From the NCBI GenBank assembly GCA_965204755.1, contig OZ242011.1:704001-768000 (forward strand): a stretch of 64,000 bases of DNA, written 5' to 3'. This DNA is from Candidatus Marinacidobacterium sp. GTDB taxonomy: Bacteria > Acidobacteriota > Vicinamibacteria > Marinacidobacterales > Marinacidobacteraceae. Both the position numbers and the translations under genes were made by a program. Position 1 is the stretch's first letter. Each line of letters starts with the position of its first letter. The notes beneath the pieces are model-generated. The model ran no database searches and had not been told where the DNA came from. It saw nothing but the letters and a program-made list of their open reading frames with translations. Shown here piece after piece: positions 1 through 10,194 of this stretch.

Positions 1-593
1 GCGGCGTGTCGCGGGCGAGCGAATTCCTGACCCGGTCGGGAGGGAACGGTGAAGGTGACGGACGAGTAGAAGTCGTCCAGGGGCACGAAGACCCCGTTCT
101 CCTCCGTCCAGGTTCGCAGCCGGTCGTCGGCGGCGCTCGCCCACGAAACGAGTTCCACCCGCCATCCGCGCCGCCGCAACCGTTCCAGTGACCGGGATGG
201 CTCGCGCTGCGCCGTCCAGCCGGCGCTCTCTCCCGTCAGGACGACGGCGATTCCGGGGTCATCGCGGAAGTCCAGCGCGGTTTCGAGCATCCGAATCTGG
301 AGACTGCGGACCGGGGATTCGGACCGGAGCCGCGGCGCGGTGAGGCCGTCGAAAAGGGCGACTTCCGCGCCGGCGTTCTCCAGCCGGTTCCACAGCGGCC
401 TCATCTCCGGCGGCGCCGGACCCGCGCCGCAGGCGGCGGCCAAGGGTCGCCCGGCCTGCGCCAAGCCAACCAAGTGCTCGAAGTGGAGGCGAACTCGGCA
501 GCGCGCGTTCGGCCCATCCGAGAAAGCCTCCGCCAGCCGCTCCGCGCCCGAGACGAGCCCGGAGTGGTCCCAGTACAGGAAAACGGCGTCCAT
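1..593 (-). CDS. NYN/LabA (PIN-like) domain protein, 3' end cut by the window edge; catalytic acidic residues look degenerate
   Basis: Manual translation from the ATG at 593 (GGAGG RBS upstream): MDAVFLYWDHSGLV...LWNRLENAGAEV...PGIAVVLTGES...GWRVELVSW...FVPLDDFY. Open to position 1; not in the ORF track. Confidence 0.7.
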   Translation of the reverse strand, partial: MDAVFLYWDHSGLVSGAERLAEAFSDGPNARCRVRLHFEHLVGLAQAGRPLAAACGAGPAPPEMRPLWNRLENAGAEVALFDGLTAPRLRSESPVRSLQIRMLETALDFRDDPGIAVVLTGESAGWTAQREPSRSLERLRRRGWRVELVSWASAADDRLRTWTEENGVFVPLDDFYSSVTFTVPSRPGQEFARPRHA

Positions 594-639
594 GTTCCCT
601 CCCCCATTCGTCTCGCGGTGACGATGGCGAGGAGGTTAG

Positions 640-2600
640 GCGGAAGTTCCAAGGGGCAAGAGGTCAGAAGTCCAAGAACGGACGGGGGATCCGGGAAGCG
701 GGGGGTGTTCGGTTCTGGCTACGCGGAGGCGGGAAGGCGGAGCAGGTCGAAGGCCTTTGCCTGGAGCCGGGTGGGGTTCGCGCGCATCTGGAAGGTGGCG
801 TTCCGGCTGGGGGCGCGGACGGTGTTGAGGGTGAGGGTCCCGAGGTGCTGGATCAGCGTCGGGAAGTCGTGCAGCGGCAGCCCCTCCGGGGTGCGGCGGG
901 CGGCGACCTTGGCCTTGGCCGCCGGGGAGCGCTGCGCGGGCTGGACCGGGGAGGGGCGCTCGCGCTCGGCGGCCTCCCGGTCGTGGTCCTGGAACAGGAC
1001 GGGGGCGAGCGCCTGGCGCATGTGCCATTCCAGGTAGTAGGCGAGCATGCACAGGAAGATGTGGGAACGGACCCGGTCGGGGCGGCGGTGGTGGATGGGG
1101 CGGACCTGGAGGTCGAGGGACTTCATGCTGCGGAAGGCGGTCTCCACCGAGGCGAGGGACTTGTAGGCGCGGACGGTCTGTTCGGTGGAGAGCAGTTCGG
1201 GTTCGGCGTTGGTGCGGAGGATGTAGAAGCCGTCGAGGGCCCGTTCCCGGGCGATGGCGTCTTCGTTCCGGCGAAAGGCGAAGGAGTCGTCGGTGATCTC
1301 GGTGAGGAAGTGCTTTTCGACCTTGAAGCGGCCGATGAGGGCGCCGACGCGCTTTCCGATGCGGGCGGCGCCGCGCAGCGGGCGGCGCTCGCGCCGGGTG
1401 GCGGCGGCGATGGCTTCCAGCCGCTTCTCGGTGGCGGCGAGCAGGTCTTCGCGCTTGCGGCGGCGCTCCTCGGCGAGCCGGGGGTTGAAGCAGACCACCA
1501 GGCGCTCCCCGGGGTAGCGGTCGGAGGAGATCTCGGCCAGGTCCCGCCGGTCGAACAGGGTGGGGTTCACCGCGCCGGCTTCGACCAGGGCGCGGATATC
1601 GGCGGAGCGCAGCGCGGTGACCCAGCGGAAGCCCTCCTCCGGGCTCAGGTCCTCGCGGATGCGCCGGGCGGTGAGCATCCCCCGGTCGCCGACCAGGACC
1701 AGTTGGCGGAGGCCGAAGCGGTCGCGGAGTTTGGCCACCTGGGCGGCCACCGTCCCGGGGTCGGCGGTGTCGCCGGGGAAGACCTCGACGGCGACCGGGC
1801 AGCCCTCCTTGGAGCAGAGCAGGCCGAAGACGATCTGCAGGGTGTTGCGCTTGCGGTCGCGGCTGTAGCCGCGCCGGGCCAGCGGGCAGCGGCGGCCCTC
1901 GAAGTAGGTGGAGGTGAGGTCGTAGAGGATGAGGGTGTTGTCGCGGAGGTGGCGGGCGGCCAGCCGGGTCTCGACGGCCTGCTGGCGGGCGCCGAGCCAG
2001 TCGAGGGCGGCGTAGAGCTCGTTCTCCTCGACTTCCCCGAGATCGAGGAGGGCGCCGAGGGAGGTGGAGGCGGTCTCCGGGGCGAGGGTCCGGGCGGTGG
2101 CGAGTTTGGAGCGGGGGGCGAGGAGTCGGGCGGCGATGAGGGCGAGGGCGAGGTCGCGGGGTCGGGAGCGCCTGCGGTCGAGGAGGGCGGGCAGTCCGAG
2201 GCGCTTGAGGGTTCCGAGGGCGGCGGCGGCGTGGCCGTGGGGGAGGGCGCGGAGGATCTGGAAGGCGTCCCCGGGTTCGACGAGGTTCCGGCCCTCGAGG
2301 CTGAGGCGGACGGCCTCCACGGCGTCGGGTTTCGTGCGGTGGAGGGGGGTGAGGTTGGCGAGGGTTCGCTTGCGGACTTTCCCGTTTTCGCGGAAGGACT
2401 CGCGGAGGAGGACGGTGGGCGGGGAGTTCCGGTTGGGGACGAACTCGACATACATGGGCCGTATTGTAGTGATAAACCATTCATATATCAACATAAACTC
2501 CCATTCCATAGCAACAATACATGGCTACACATTTACCACGATCCCGCCGCAACGATCCGTAGGTCAACGACTTATCTCAAAACCCGGCTGGAACTTCCGG
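640..2600 (-). mobile_element. IS1634-family insertion sequence, apparently complete
   Basis: Terminal inverted repeats GCGGAAGTTCCA (640-651) and TGGAACTTCCGG (2589-2600) match at 11/12. Flanked by TTAG direct repeats (636-639, 2601-2604). Encloses the transposase. Confidence 0.85.
719..2455 (-). CDS. IS1634-family DDE transposase
   Basis: MYVEFVPNRNSPPTVLLRES, LYDLTSTYFEG, GYSRD, VGDRGM and YKSLASVETAFRSMK motifs. ATG at 2455 preferred over 2509. Confidence 0.92.
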   Translation of the reverse strand: MYVEFVPNRNSPPTVLLRESFRENGKVRKRTLANLTPLHRTKPDAVEAVRLSLEGRNLVEPGDAFQILRALPHGHAAAALGTLKRLGLPALLDRRRSRPRDLALALIAARLLAPRSKLATARTLAPETASTSLGALLDLGEVEENELYAALDWLGARQQAVETRLAARHLRDNTLILYDLTSTYFEGRRCPLARRGYSRDRKRNTLQIVFGLLCSKEGCPVAVEVFPGDTADPGTVAAQVAKLRDRFGLRQLVLVGDRGMLTARRIREDLSPEEGFRWVTALRSADIRALVEAGAVNPTLFDRRDLAEISSDRYPGERLVVCFNPRLAEERRRKREDLLAATEKRLEAIAAATRRERRPLRGAARIGKRVGALIGRFKVEKHFLTEITDDSFAFRRNEDAIARERALDGFYILRTNAEPELLSTEQTVRAYKSLASVETAFRSMKSLDLQVRPIHHRRPDRVRSHIFLCMLAYYLEWHMRQALAPVLFQDHDREAAERERPSPVQPAQRSPAAKAKVAARRTPEGLPLHDFPTLIQHLGTLTLNTVRAPSRNATFQMRANPTRLQAKAFDLLRLPASA

Positions 2601-2642
2601 TTAGCCGGCGAAACCAGGCGCTCCGCTCGTTAGACTCGGACG

Positions 2643-3818
2643 ATGGCGCGGCGGGGGGGGCGGGCGGCGAGCCGTGCGGGTCGGCGCGGGAGCGCGGCCT
2701 TGCTCGGCCTCGCGCTTTCGGCGTCGGGCGTCGAAGCGGCGGCGGCGGAGCCGGCGGTGCCGGAACTCATCGCGCGGGTGTTCGAGGTGCGGCGGGTGAA
2801 CTCGGACTTCGGGCCGCTGGTCGGACTCCGGTTCACCGTGGACACCGACGGGCGGCGGGTTCCGGTTTCGAGTTGGCTCGCGACGCTGGCGCGGAGGATT
2901 CCGGACGCCTACTTCGCGCAGTTGCTGACGCTTAGGCCGGTTCCGGGGCCGGTCGCCGGGGAGCGGGGAGCGACGGTTCGGCGCGGGCGGCGGGGGGTCA
3001 GGGTTCGGGTGCGGCCGGCGGACACCGAGCGGGGCGCCGCCGGGGCGTTCGAGGTCGCGCTGACGCTCTTCGACGGCAGCGGCCGGGAGCGGACGATTCG
3101 CCGGGTGGCGGCGCCGGAGGAGGGGCGCACCGAGGTGTTCACCGGGCGGGACTTCGAAATCACGCCCAGCGACTACCTGAGTTGGTTCCGGGAGGCGCGC
3201 GGGCCGGAGGAGCGCGAGCGGCTCTACCGGCGGCTCCGCGCGCGGACGATCTTCCTCGCGCTGGCGCTCAGTCGGCCGGCCCCGGCGGCGCGGGGCGGCG
3301 ACCGGCGGCCCCTGCCGGTGCGGCTCCGGCCGCCGGACGAGCCGCGGCTGCTGGAACTGGACTCGCCGCTCGTGGGGGCGGCGTCCGGGATCCTGCGGCT
3401 CTCCGTCCGGGTGGACGAAGAGGGCGCGCCCCGCGACCCGCAGATCTTGGAGAGCACCTTCCCGGAAGTCGCGCCGCGGGCGCTGGGGATCGTGTCCGGC
3501 TGGCGGTTCCCGCAGGCCGCCGGGCGCGAGGGGCGGCTCGACCTCCGGCTGGGGAGTCCGGCGGGCGGCGGGCCGACCGGCGCGCCGACCGGCCTGCCGA
3601 CCGGGGGGCCGTCCGAGCCGGGTTCGCCGTTTGGCGGCCTTCCCGGAGTCTGGTACAAGAGGGGTTTCCCCGAAACGCGGGCCGCGTCCCCCTCCCGGCC
3701 CCCTTCGGAATCCGGGGCCGCGCCCGCGCCGGCCGGCCCGGCGCGGGCCGAAGAGGGGACGCCCCGCTCCCCGCCCGAACCAGGGAGGAACGACCATGAA
3801 CCAACGGATGCGATGTAG
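2643..3818 (+). CDS. Exported protein with a TonB C-terminal-like domain
   Basis: Signal-peptide-like N-terminus; LSVRVDEEGAPRDPQILES...VSGWRFP resembles TonB_C; low-complexity tail. Confidence 0.5.
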   Translation: MARRGGRAASRAGRRGSAALLGLALSASGVEAAAAEPAVPELIARVFEVRRVNSDFGPLVGLRFTVDTDGRRVPVSSWLATLARRIPDAYFAQLLTLRPVPGPVAGERGATVRRGRRGVRVRVRPADTERGAAGAFEVALTLFDGSGRERTIRRVAAPEEGRTEVFTGRDFEITPSDYLSWFREARGPEERERLYRRLRARTIFLALALSRPAPAARGGDRRPLPVRLRPPDEPRLLELDSPLVGAASGILRLSVRVDEEGAPRDPQILESTFPEVAPRALGIVSGWRFPQAAGREGRLDLRLGSPAGGGPTGAPTGLPTGGPSEPGSPFGGLPGVWYKRGFPETRAASPSRPPSESGAAPAPAGPARAEEGTPRSPPEPGRNDHEPTDAM

Positions 3819-5466
3819 CGGCGCCGCGACCGGCGCGGCCCTCCTCTTCCTGCTCGCCGCCGCGCCGGCGCTCGGCCAGTCCGGCGGGCTCGGCACGATC
3901 GAGTTCCCCAACTCCGGCAACGAGGCCGCCCAGGAGGACTTCCTCGACGGCGTCCGGCTGCTCCACAGTTTCGAGTGGGAGGACGCCGCCGAGGCGTTCC
4001 AGCGCGCCCAGGAAGCCGACCCCGACTTCGCGCTCGCCTACTGGGGGGAAGCGCTGAGCCACACCGGCGGCCACCACTACCCGCCGGGCCAGGACATGTC
4101 CGAGGCCCGCGACGCGCTCCGCAAACTGGGGACGACGCGCGCCGAGCGGGTGGCGAAGGCGCCCACCGACCGGGAGAAGCGCTACCTGGAGTCGGTCCAC
4201 ATCCTCTACGGACCCGGCGAGTTGCAGGAGCGGTGCGACGGCTACGAGCAGGCGCTCGCCGAGTTGTCGGCGGCCTACCCGGACGACCTCGAAGCCGCGG
4301 CGTTCCACTCGCTGGCGCTGATGCGGACGCGGGTGCGCGGCGAGGCCAGCCGCCGGGTGGACATGCGCGCCGGGGCGATCGCCCAGGCCGTCTTCCGGGC
4401 GAACCCCGACCATCCGGGGGCCGCGCACTATGTGATCCACGCCTACGACGACCCGGTGCACGCGCCGGTGGCGCTCTACGCGGCGGAGAAGTACTCCGAC
4501 ATCGCGCCGGCGGCGGTGCACGCGCTCCACATGCCCTCGCACATCTTCGTGCAGCACGGGATGTGGGACCAGGTGCGCAGCCTGAACGACCGCTCCTACC
4601 AGGCGTCGGTGGACCGGGCGAAGCGCAAGGGCCTGTCGGAGATGAGGTACTCGTACCACGCGCTCTACTGGCTGCTCTACGCCTACCTGCAGGAGGGGCG
4701 GTACGCCGAGGGGCAGAAGGTGCTCGACGATCTGGAGACGATCACCGGGCGGGACGAGACGCTGGCGTCGGTGAAGGAGACCTGGATGCGCATGGACGCG
4801 CTGAACACCGTGGAAACCCGGAAGTGGAAGCCGGCGCCGGTGGACGACCTGCTGGCCGGTCTCGACGAGGAGAAGCCGCCGGTGGGGCACCGGACGGCGG
4901 CGGCGGTGTTCTACGCCCGGGGGGCGAGCGCCGCCGAGACCGGGGACGCCGCGACCGCGAAGAAGGCCCACGAGGGGCTGATGAAGATCCACGACTCGCT
5001 GGCGAACTCGGAGAACCCGCGCGGCGCGGAACAGGCGCTGGTCATGGCGCACGAGATGGCCGGCCTGATCGCCGAAGCCGAGGGGGACGCCGAGCGGGCG
5101 ATCGCCGCGTTCCGGGACGCGGTGGAAGTGGCCGAGAGCATGGAGCCGCCCTCCGGCCCGCCGGGGGAGTCGCCGATCGATTCGCCCATCCAGCCGGCGC
5201 ACGAACTGCTGGGCGACCTGCTCCTCGAGTCGGGGAAGGCCGAAGAGGCGCTCTCGGTGTTCGAAACCTCGCTCGACCGGACCGCGAAGCGGCCGCGCTC
5301 GCTCTACGGCGCGGCGCGGGCGGCGGCGAAGGTCGGGGACGACGAGGCCGCCGCGCGCTACTACCGGCAGTTGCTCGCCACGCCGGAGCGGGGGCCGGAC
5401 CTGCCGGGCCTCGCCGCCGCGGAGGCGGCGCTCGCCGAGGAAACGACGATGGAGGGGCGGCGGTAG
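3796..5466 (+). CDS. Secreted TPR-repeat protein
   Basis: GGAGG RBS, signal peptide, TPR-like helices (AQEADPDFALAYWGEALS), and HPGAAHYVIH / HALHMPSHIF motifs of a conserved family. Confidence 0.8.
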   Translation: MNQRMRCSGAATGAALLFLLAAAPALGQSGGLGTIEFPNSGNEAAQEDFLDGVRLLHSFEWEDAAEAFQRAQEADPDFALAYWGEALSHTGGHHYPPGQDMSEARDALRKLGTTRAERVAKAPTDREKRYLESVHILYGPGELQERCDGYEQALAELSAAYPDDLEAAAFHSLALMRTRVRGEASRRVDMRAGAIAQAVFRANPDHPGAAHYVIHAYDDPVHAPVALYAAEKYSDIAPAAVHALHMPSHIFVQHGMWDQVRSLNDRSYQASVDRAKRKGLSEMRYSYHALYWLLYAYLQEGRYAEGQKVLDDLETITGRDETLASVKETWMRMDALNTVETRKWKPAPVDDLLAGLDEEKPPVGHRTAAAVFYARGASAAETGDAATAKKAHEGLMKIHDSLANSENPRGAEQALVMAHEMAGLIAEAEGDAERAIAAFRDAVEVAESMEPPSGPPGESPIDSPIQPAHELLGDLLLESGKAEEALSVFETSLDRTAKRPRSLYGAARAAAKVGDDEAAARYYRQLLATPERGPDLPGLAAAEAALAEETTMEGRR

Positions 5467-5539
5467 GTCGAACCGCTCCGGTCGAGACGGTCGGGACCGG
5501 GGGGCGGCTCGCCGCTCCCCGCGCCCGGCCGCTTGGGAA

Positions 5540-6259
5540 CTAGGCCGGGCCGGCGGGTTCCGGCCGGTGGTCGGCTGTCGCCGCCGGCCTCGTCGCGGCG
5601 GCGACGAGGATCGGGCCGTTCGTCCACGGCCAGGCGACCTCGAAGCCGGCGGCGCGGAGGGCGTCGCGCTCGGCTTCGCGCGGAAGATAGGTGTCCTCCT
5701 CCGCCCACTCGGCGAAGTGGCGGTAGGCCTGCTCGCGGGAGATCCCGGAGGAGGCGAGGTGGGCGGCCCAGCCGCGGTACTCGGCGTCGCGGGCCGCCGG
5801 GTCGCTCGGCATGGTGACATCCGCGTTCACGAGGACGCCGCCGGGAGGCAGGCGGTCGGCGATGCGGCGGAAGAGGGCGGCCTTCGCCTCGATGGTCGGC
5901 ACATGGTGGAGGGCGAGCGAGGCGACCACCGCGTCGCAGGGCGGGAGCGGGTCGTCGAAGGTCCCTTCCCGTTCGGTGATCCGGTCGCCGAAGCGGGAGA
6001 GGCGGGCGCGGGCCTGGGCCAGCATCTCCGCGTCGGCGTCGAGCAGGATCATCTCCTCGGGTTCGGCGGCGAGGAGGACGGCTTCGGAGAGCGCGCCGGT
6101 GCCGGCGCCGAGGTCGAGGACCCGGCGGGGGCGGCAACGGGCCGCCTCCCGCGCCGCAACTGCGAGCATCGCTTCGTAACCGGGGACGAACCGCCGGATC
6201 GCCTCGTCGTAGGCCTCGATCTCGACCCGCAGGTGGCGGCGGACGGAGTGGCGGGTCAA
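5540..6259 (-). CDS. Class I SAM-dependent methyltransferase (CmoA-like)
   Basis: VLDLGAGTG motif I, SLALHHV, LPPGGVLVNAD. Start uncertain (TTG 6259 or ATG 6337). Confidence 0.8.
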   Translation of the reverse strand: MTRHSVRRHLRVEIEAYDEAIRRFVPGYEAMLAVAAREAARCRPRRVLDLGAGTGALSEAVLLAAEPEEMILLDADAEMLAQARARLSRFGDRITEREGTFDDPLPPCDAVVASLALHHVPTIEAKAALFRRIADRLPPGGVLVNADVTMPSDPAARDAEYRGWAAHLASSGISREQAYRHFAEWAEEDTYLPREAERDALRAAGFEVAWPWTNGPILVAAATRPAATADHRPEPAGPA

Positions 6260-6329
6260 GCGGCGGGGGCTCGGCGGCGGCCGGCATTGTCCCACCGCCG
6301 ACCGGCCGGGCGGCCGGGGCCCGCCCTGC

Positions 6330-7070
6330 TCACTCACGCTGGAAGACGAGTTCCCAGGAGCCGGTGGCGTCCACGGAAACGATCTGGACGCCCGGCCTGA
6401 GCTCGACGAAAGCCCCCGAAGTCACCCGCACCGTCTTGACTCCCGACCATCGGGCAACGAGTTTGTCGATGAGAGTGGAGGCGAAACCACCGGCGATGGA
6501 CTGCACCTTTACGGCGAAGGTCTCCGGAATTCCCCCCTCGGTCTCGTCCAAGTCCGGGTCGCCGTTGTCGAACACCCGAACGATGACCGTCCAGAGCCCG
6601 GAATCGAGCGTAATTCGCTGCGTAGCCGTACCGTGGCCGTTCAGGGCCAGCCGACCGGACCCGTCGGCGGAGATTCCGGGATCTCGGCCGCTCTCGGCCC
6701 GGAAAATGATCTCCCAGTCTCCGGAAGCGTCCACGCAGACGATCTGTTTCCCGGGCGCGGTGTCCTCAGCATCGCCACCCACCCGCAGCGGGACGGCGCC
6801 CGACCAGGAAACGCCGGTCCGGTCCGCCAACACTGTCGGTCCGACCTCAGGGCGAGCGGTCGAGTGCACCTCGACCTCGAAGCCGCCGTCTGTCGTCGTA
6901 CCGAAGGAGCGATCCTGGTTGTTGCGAACACTCAACTCCACAGTCCAGAGACCCTCGGTGAGCATGATCCGGCGCGCTCCACACCCACTGCCGAAGAGGC
7001 GGATCGCACCCCCGCGCATGGCCACCGTGCCGCCCTTGCCCGATGGCGCGGACCCGGTTCCGGCGGTCAT
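6330..7070 (-). CDS. Hypothetical protein with two ~100-aa beta-rich repeats; paralog of 7225-8172
   Basis: Repeated G.G...R.I.L..GLWTV...VDA(S/T)G.WE motif; ends in WELVFQRE like its neighbour. Confidence 0.7.
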   Translation of the reverse strand: MTAGTGSAPSGKGGTVAMRGGAIRLFGSGCGARRIMLTEGLWTVELSVRNNQDRSFGTTTDGGFEVEVHSTARPEVGPTVLADRTGVSWSGAVPLRVGGDAEDTAPGKQIVCVDASGDWEIIFRAESGRDPGISADGSGRLALNGHGTATQRITLDSGLWTVIVRVFDNGDPDLDETEGGIPETFAVKVQSIAGGFASTLIDKLVARWSGVKTVRVTSGAFVELRPGVQIVSVDATGSWELVFQRE

Positions 7071-7224
7071 TCGGCTTCCTCTCGATGGTGCGAACGGGGC
7101 GACGAACCGCGCCTCGCCGCTTCTCGCGCTGCGGGGCGGCCGGAAGACCGGCCCGCGCCGGAGAATAATCGCGTCCGTCGCAGGAGCCGCCCTGACGCGC
7201 TATGTCGGCGGCCGCCGACGCCGC

Positions 7225-8172
7225 TCATTCGCGTTGGAAGACGAGTTCCCAGGAGCCGGTGGCGTCCACGGACACGACCTGGACGCCCGGGGTGAGGGCG
7301 AGGAAGCCGCGGCCGACTCGGAGGGTTTCGCTGCCGGTCCAGCGGGAGGCGATCTCGTTGGCGAGGACGGCGGAGGCGTCGCCGGCCACCGACTCGATCC
7401 CGACGATGAAGTTGTCTTCGATGGCCGAACCGAAGGTGCGGTCGAGGTTCCCGGAGACGCGGAGGGCCACGGTCCACAGGCCGGGGTCGAGGCGGACCCG
7501 GCGGGTCGCGGTGCCTCGGCCGGAGAGGCGCAGGCGGCCGGAGGCGTCGGGCGAGGCGGCCCGGGCGGCGGGCGGGGCCGAAGCCCCGGCGCCGCCACTC
7601 TCCGGGCGGAGGGTGATCTCCCAGTCGCCGGAGGCGTCCACCGACAGGATTTGGCGGCCGGCGGGGAGTGTGGCGAAGCCGCCGCCCACGCGCAGGGTGG
7701 CGCTCGCCGACCAGGCGCCGACGATCTCGTTGGCGAGGAGTTCCGCGCCGCCGGCGGCGCTCGTGGACTCCACCTCGACGACGAAGTTGTCTTCGACCGC
7801 GGTTCCGAAGGAGCGGTCGAAGTTGTTGCGGACGCGCATCTCCACGGTCCAGAGGCCGGCGTCGAGGGTGACCCGGCGGGTGGCCGAGCCGCTGCCGGAG
7901 AGTTCGACGGCGCCGCGGGGCTGCGGCCGAGCGCCGGCGGAGGCGACCGGCGCAGCGACCGGGGAAACAATTGGGGAGCCGAATGGGGAAGTAATCGGGG
8001 AAGCCGCGGCGGAGGCGGGCGCGGGGACGGCGGCCAGCGCGAGAGCGGCGAACGCGGCGGCGGGGAGGGCGAACGCGCTCGCTCCGGGGCTTCTGCGGAA
8101 CGCCGGGGCTGCCGGGGTGGTTCTCGGGGGACGGCTGTTCAGGCGACGGGGGCGCCGGGGAAGGCTGGTCAT
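7225..8172 (-). CDS. Exported hypothetical protein with two ~100-aa beta-rich repeats
   Basis: Signal-peptide-like segment followed by two copies of LSG.G.ATRRV.LD.GLWTV...VDA.G.WE. Confidence 0.75.
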   Translation of the reverse strand: MTSLPRRPRRLNSRPPRTTPAAPAFRRSPGASAFALPAAAFAALALAAVPAPASAAASPITSPFGSPIVSPVAAPVASAGARPQPRGAVELSGSGSATRRVTLDAGLWTVEMRVRNNFDRSFGTAVEDNFVVEVESTSAAGGAELLANEIVGAWSASATLRVGGGFATLPAGRQILSVDASGDWEITLRPESGGAGASAPPAARAASPDASGRLRLSGRGTATRRVRLDPGLWTVALRVSGNLDRTFGSAIEDNFIVGIESVAGDASAVLANEIASRWTGSETLRVGRGFLALTPGVQVVSVDATGSWELVFQRE

Positions 8173-8179
8173 GGGACTG

Positions 8180-8312
8180 CAGGTCGAGGGGCGGGGGTCA
8201 GGGGTCAGGGGTCCGAGGCCAGAGGCCGGGGGCCGGGGGCCGGGGGCCGGGGATGCTCGGGGCGAGGGGATGCTCGGGGCGAGGGGACGCCTCGGAGATC
8301 AGGGGACGCTCG
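8180..8312. repeat. Short G-rich tandem repeats
   Basis: 7-mers GGGGTCA and GGGGCCG in tandem, then 17-mers GGGGATGCTCGGGGCGA. Confidence 0.6.
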
Positions 8313-8415
8313 GGAAGAGCAGGCGGCGGATGGGGCGGGCGAGGCGGAAGAGGCCGACGATCGCCGCCAGCGAGCCGAGTTCGAGCGCCCAGTGGGTGAG
8401 GGTGCGGAAGTCCAT
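8299..8415 (-). CDS. Putative 38-aa hydrophobic small protein
   Basis: MDFRTLTHWALELGSLAAIVGLFRLARPIRRLLFPSVP; AGGA RBS upstream; host-like GC3 codons. Confidence 0.5.
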   Translation of the reverse strand: MDFRTLTHWALELGSLAAIVGLFRLARPIRRLLFPSVP

Positions 8416-8624
8416 GGAAGTCGCGTCCTTTCCTGCCCCGGAGCGTCCGCCTCCGGGCGGCGGGGGGAGTCCGGGTTCGTCGTGAGGGGAACGCTACGCG
8501 GCGCGCCGGACGAAAACTGTCACCCCCTCCGCGGCGGGGAGGCCCGCGGAGCGGAGCGGCCCCCGGAACCGGGTACACTGCCGGGCCGCCGGGGAATCCG
8601 GGCGCCGCCGCTCGGCCGTCGCGC

Positions 8625-8706
<82 letters not shown>

Positions 8707-8826
8707 CCGGCCGGCAGCACCTCGTCCTCCGAATGGTTCCGGTCGCGCCGCTCCCCTGCCCGCCCTCGCCGACCCCGATTCCGCTGACCGCCGACCCCTG
8801 CCCGTCCCGATGACCCGCCGGCGGCG

Positions 8827-10194
8827 TTGAGCGAAGACACCGCCGCGCCGATCGCGCTGCCGCTCGCGCCCGGCCCTTCGGCGCCGCGCCGGGCGGCGGC
8901 CGTGCTCGTTCCCGGCCTGGAGTTCCGGGTGGAGGAGTCCACGCAGACGCGCCGCCGCCTTCGAGCGGAGATTCCGGCGGAAGTGTTCGAAGACGCGCTC
9001 CAGACCCGGTTCCGGAAGATCCGGCGGCAGGCGCGGATTCCCGGGTTCCGCAAGGGGAAGGCGCCGAAGGCGCTCATCGAAGAGCGGTTCCTCGACGACG
9101 CCCTGAACCCCGTCTGCCGCGACCTGCTGCAGCGCGCCGCCGCCCAGATCCTCGGCGAACTCGGCCTCATTCCGCTCGCGCCGCCCGAATGGACGGTGAA
9201 GGACGCCGAGCGCGGCGGACCGCTTCGCGCCGACATGGCCTTCAGCATCTGGCCGACGCTGGGCGAGATCGCCTTCGACGGGATCGAAGTCACCGCCCCC
9301 AAGCGGGAGGTGACCGAGGCGGAGATCGGGGACACGCTCGACGAGATCGCCCGGCAGCGGGCGCGGCCCGGGCCGGTCGAGGGCCGGGGCCTCCAGGACG
9401 CGGACTATGTGGCCGGCGACCTGGAAGAAGTGGAACTGGCGGGGGCGGAGGCGCCGCGCGCCACCCCGGACCTGAAACTCCAGGTGGGGGGCGGGGGCTA
9501 CCACCCGGCGCTCCACGAAGCGCTGCAGGGGGCGTCCGTCGGGGACACGGTGGTGGCGACCGCCGCCTTCGGCGCGGACTCGCCGGACCGGGAGCGCGCC
9601 GGGCGGACGATCCGGGCGCAGTTCACCATCCGGGAAGCCGCGACCGCGGTGCCGCCGCCCATCGACGACGACCTGGCGCGGGCGGTGGGGGCGGCCTCGC
9701 TGCTCGCGCTCCGCGGCGACATCCGGGACCGGCTGAAGCGGCGCGCCGCGCGCGACGACCGGAACGAACTGGAGTCGAAACTGCTCGCGGCGCTGCTGGA
9801 GAAGAACCCGGTCGAGGCCCCCGAACCGGCGGTGGAGGCGGAACTCGAAGCGCGCCTCCGCCTGCTGGGCGCCGATCTCGTCCGGCAGGGGGTGGACCTC
9901 GAGAACGCCGGGGTGGACTGGGAGCGGCACGCGAACGAAATGCGGCCGGCGGTCGAGCGGTCGGTGCGCGGCATGATCGCCCTCGACGCGCTGGCGAAGC
10001 AGCAGGACCTCGAACCCGGCGACGAGGAGGTCGAGAAGCGGCTCGGCGAAATCGCCGAGCGGGAGGGCAAGACGGTGGCGGCCATCCGGGGGACGATCCT
10101 GAAGGAGGACCGGATGGACAACCTGGTCGCCCGCCTCCGCCGGGAACGAGCGCTCCGCTTCCTCGAAGAGCGCGCCGAGGTGAAAACGACTTGA
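8827..10194 (+). CDS. tig: Trigger factor
   Basis: [10 protein letters not shown] ribosome-binding signature; sits between tRNA-Leu and clpP. Confidence 0.93.
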   Translation: MSEDTAAPIALPLAPGPSAPRRAAAVLVPGLEFRVEESTQTRRRLRAEIPAEVFEDALQTRFRKIRRQARIPGFRKGKAPKALIEERFLDDALNPVCRDLLQRAAAQILGELGLIPLAPPEWTVKDAERGGPLRADMAFSIWPTLGEIAFDGIEVTAPKREVTEAEIGDTLDEIARQRARPGPVEGRGLQDADYVAGDLEEVELAGAEAPRATPDLKLQVGGGGYHPALHEALQGASVGDTVVATAAFGADSPDRERAGRTIRAQFTIREAATAVPPPIDDDLARAVGAASLLALRGDIRDRLKRRAARDDRNELESKLLAALLEKNPVEAPEPAVEAELEARLRLLGADLVRQGVDLENAGVDWERHANEMRPAVERSVRGMIALDALAKQQDLEPGDEEVEKRLGEIAEREGKTVAAIRGTILKEDRMDNLVARLRRERALRFLEERAEVKTT

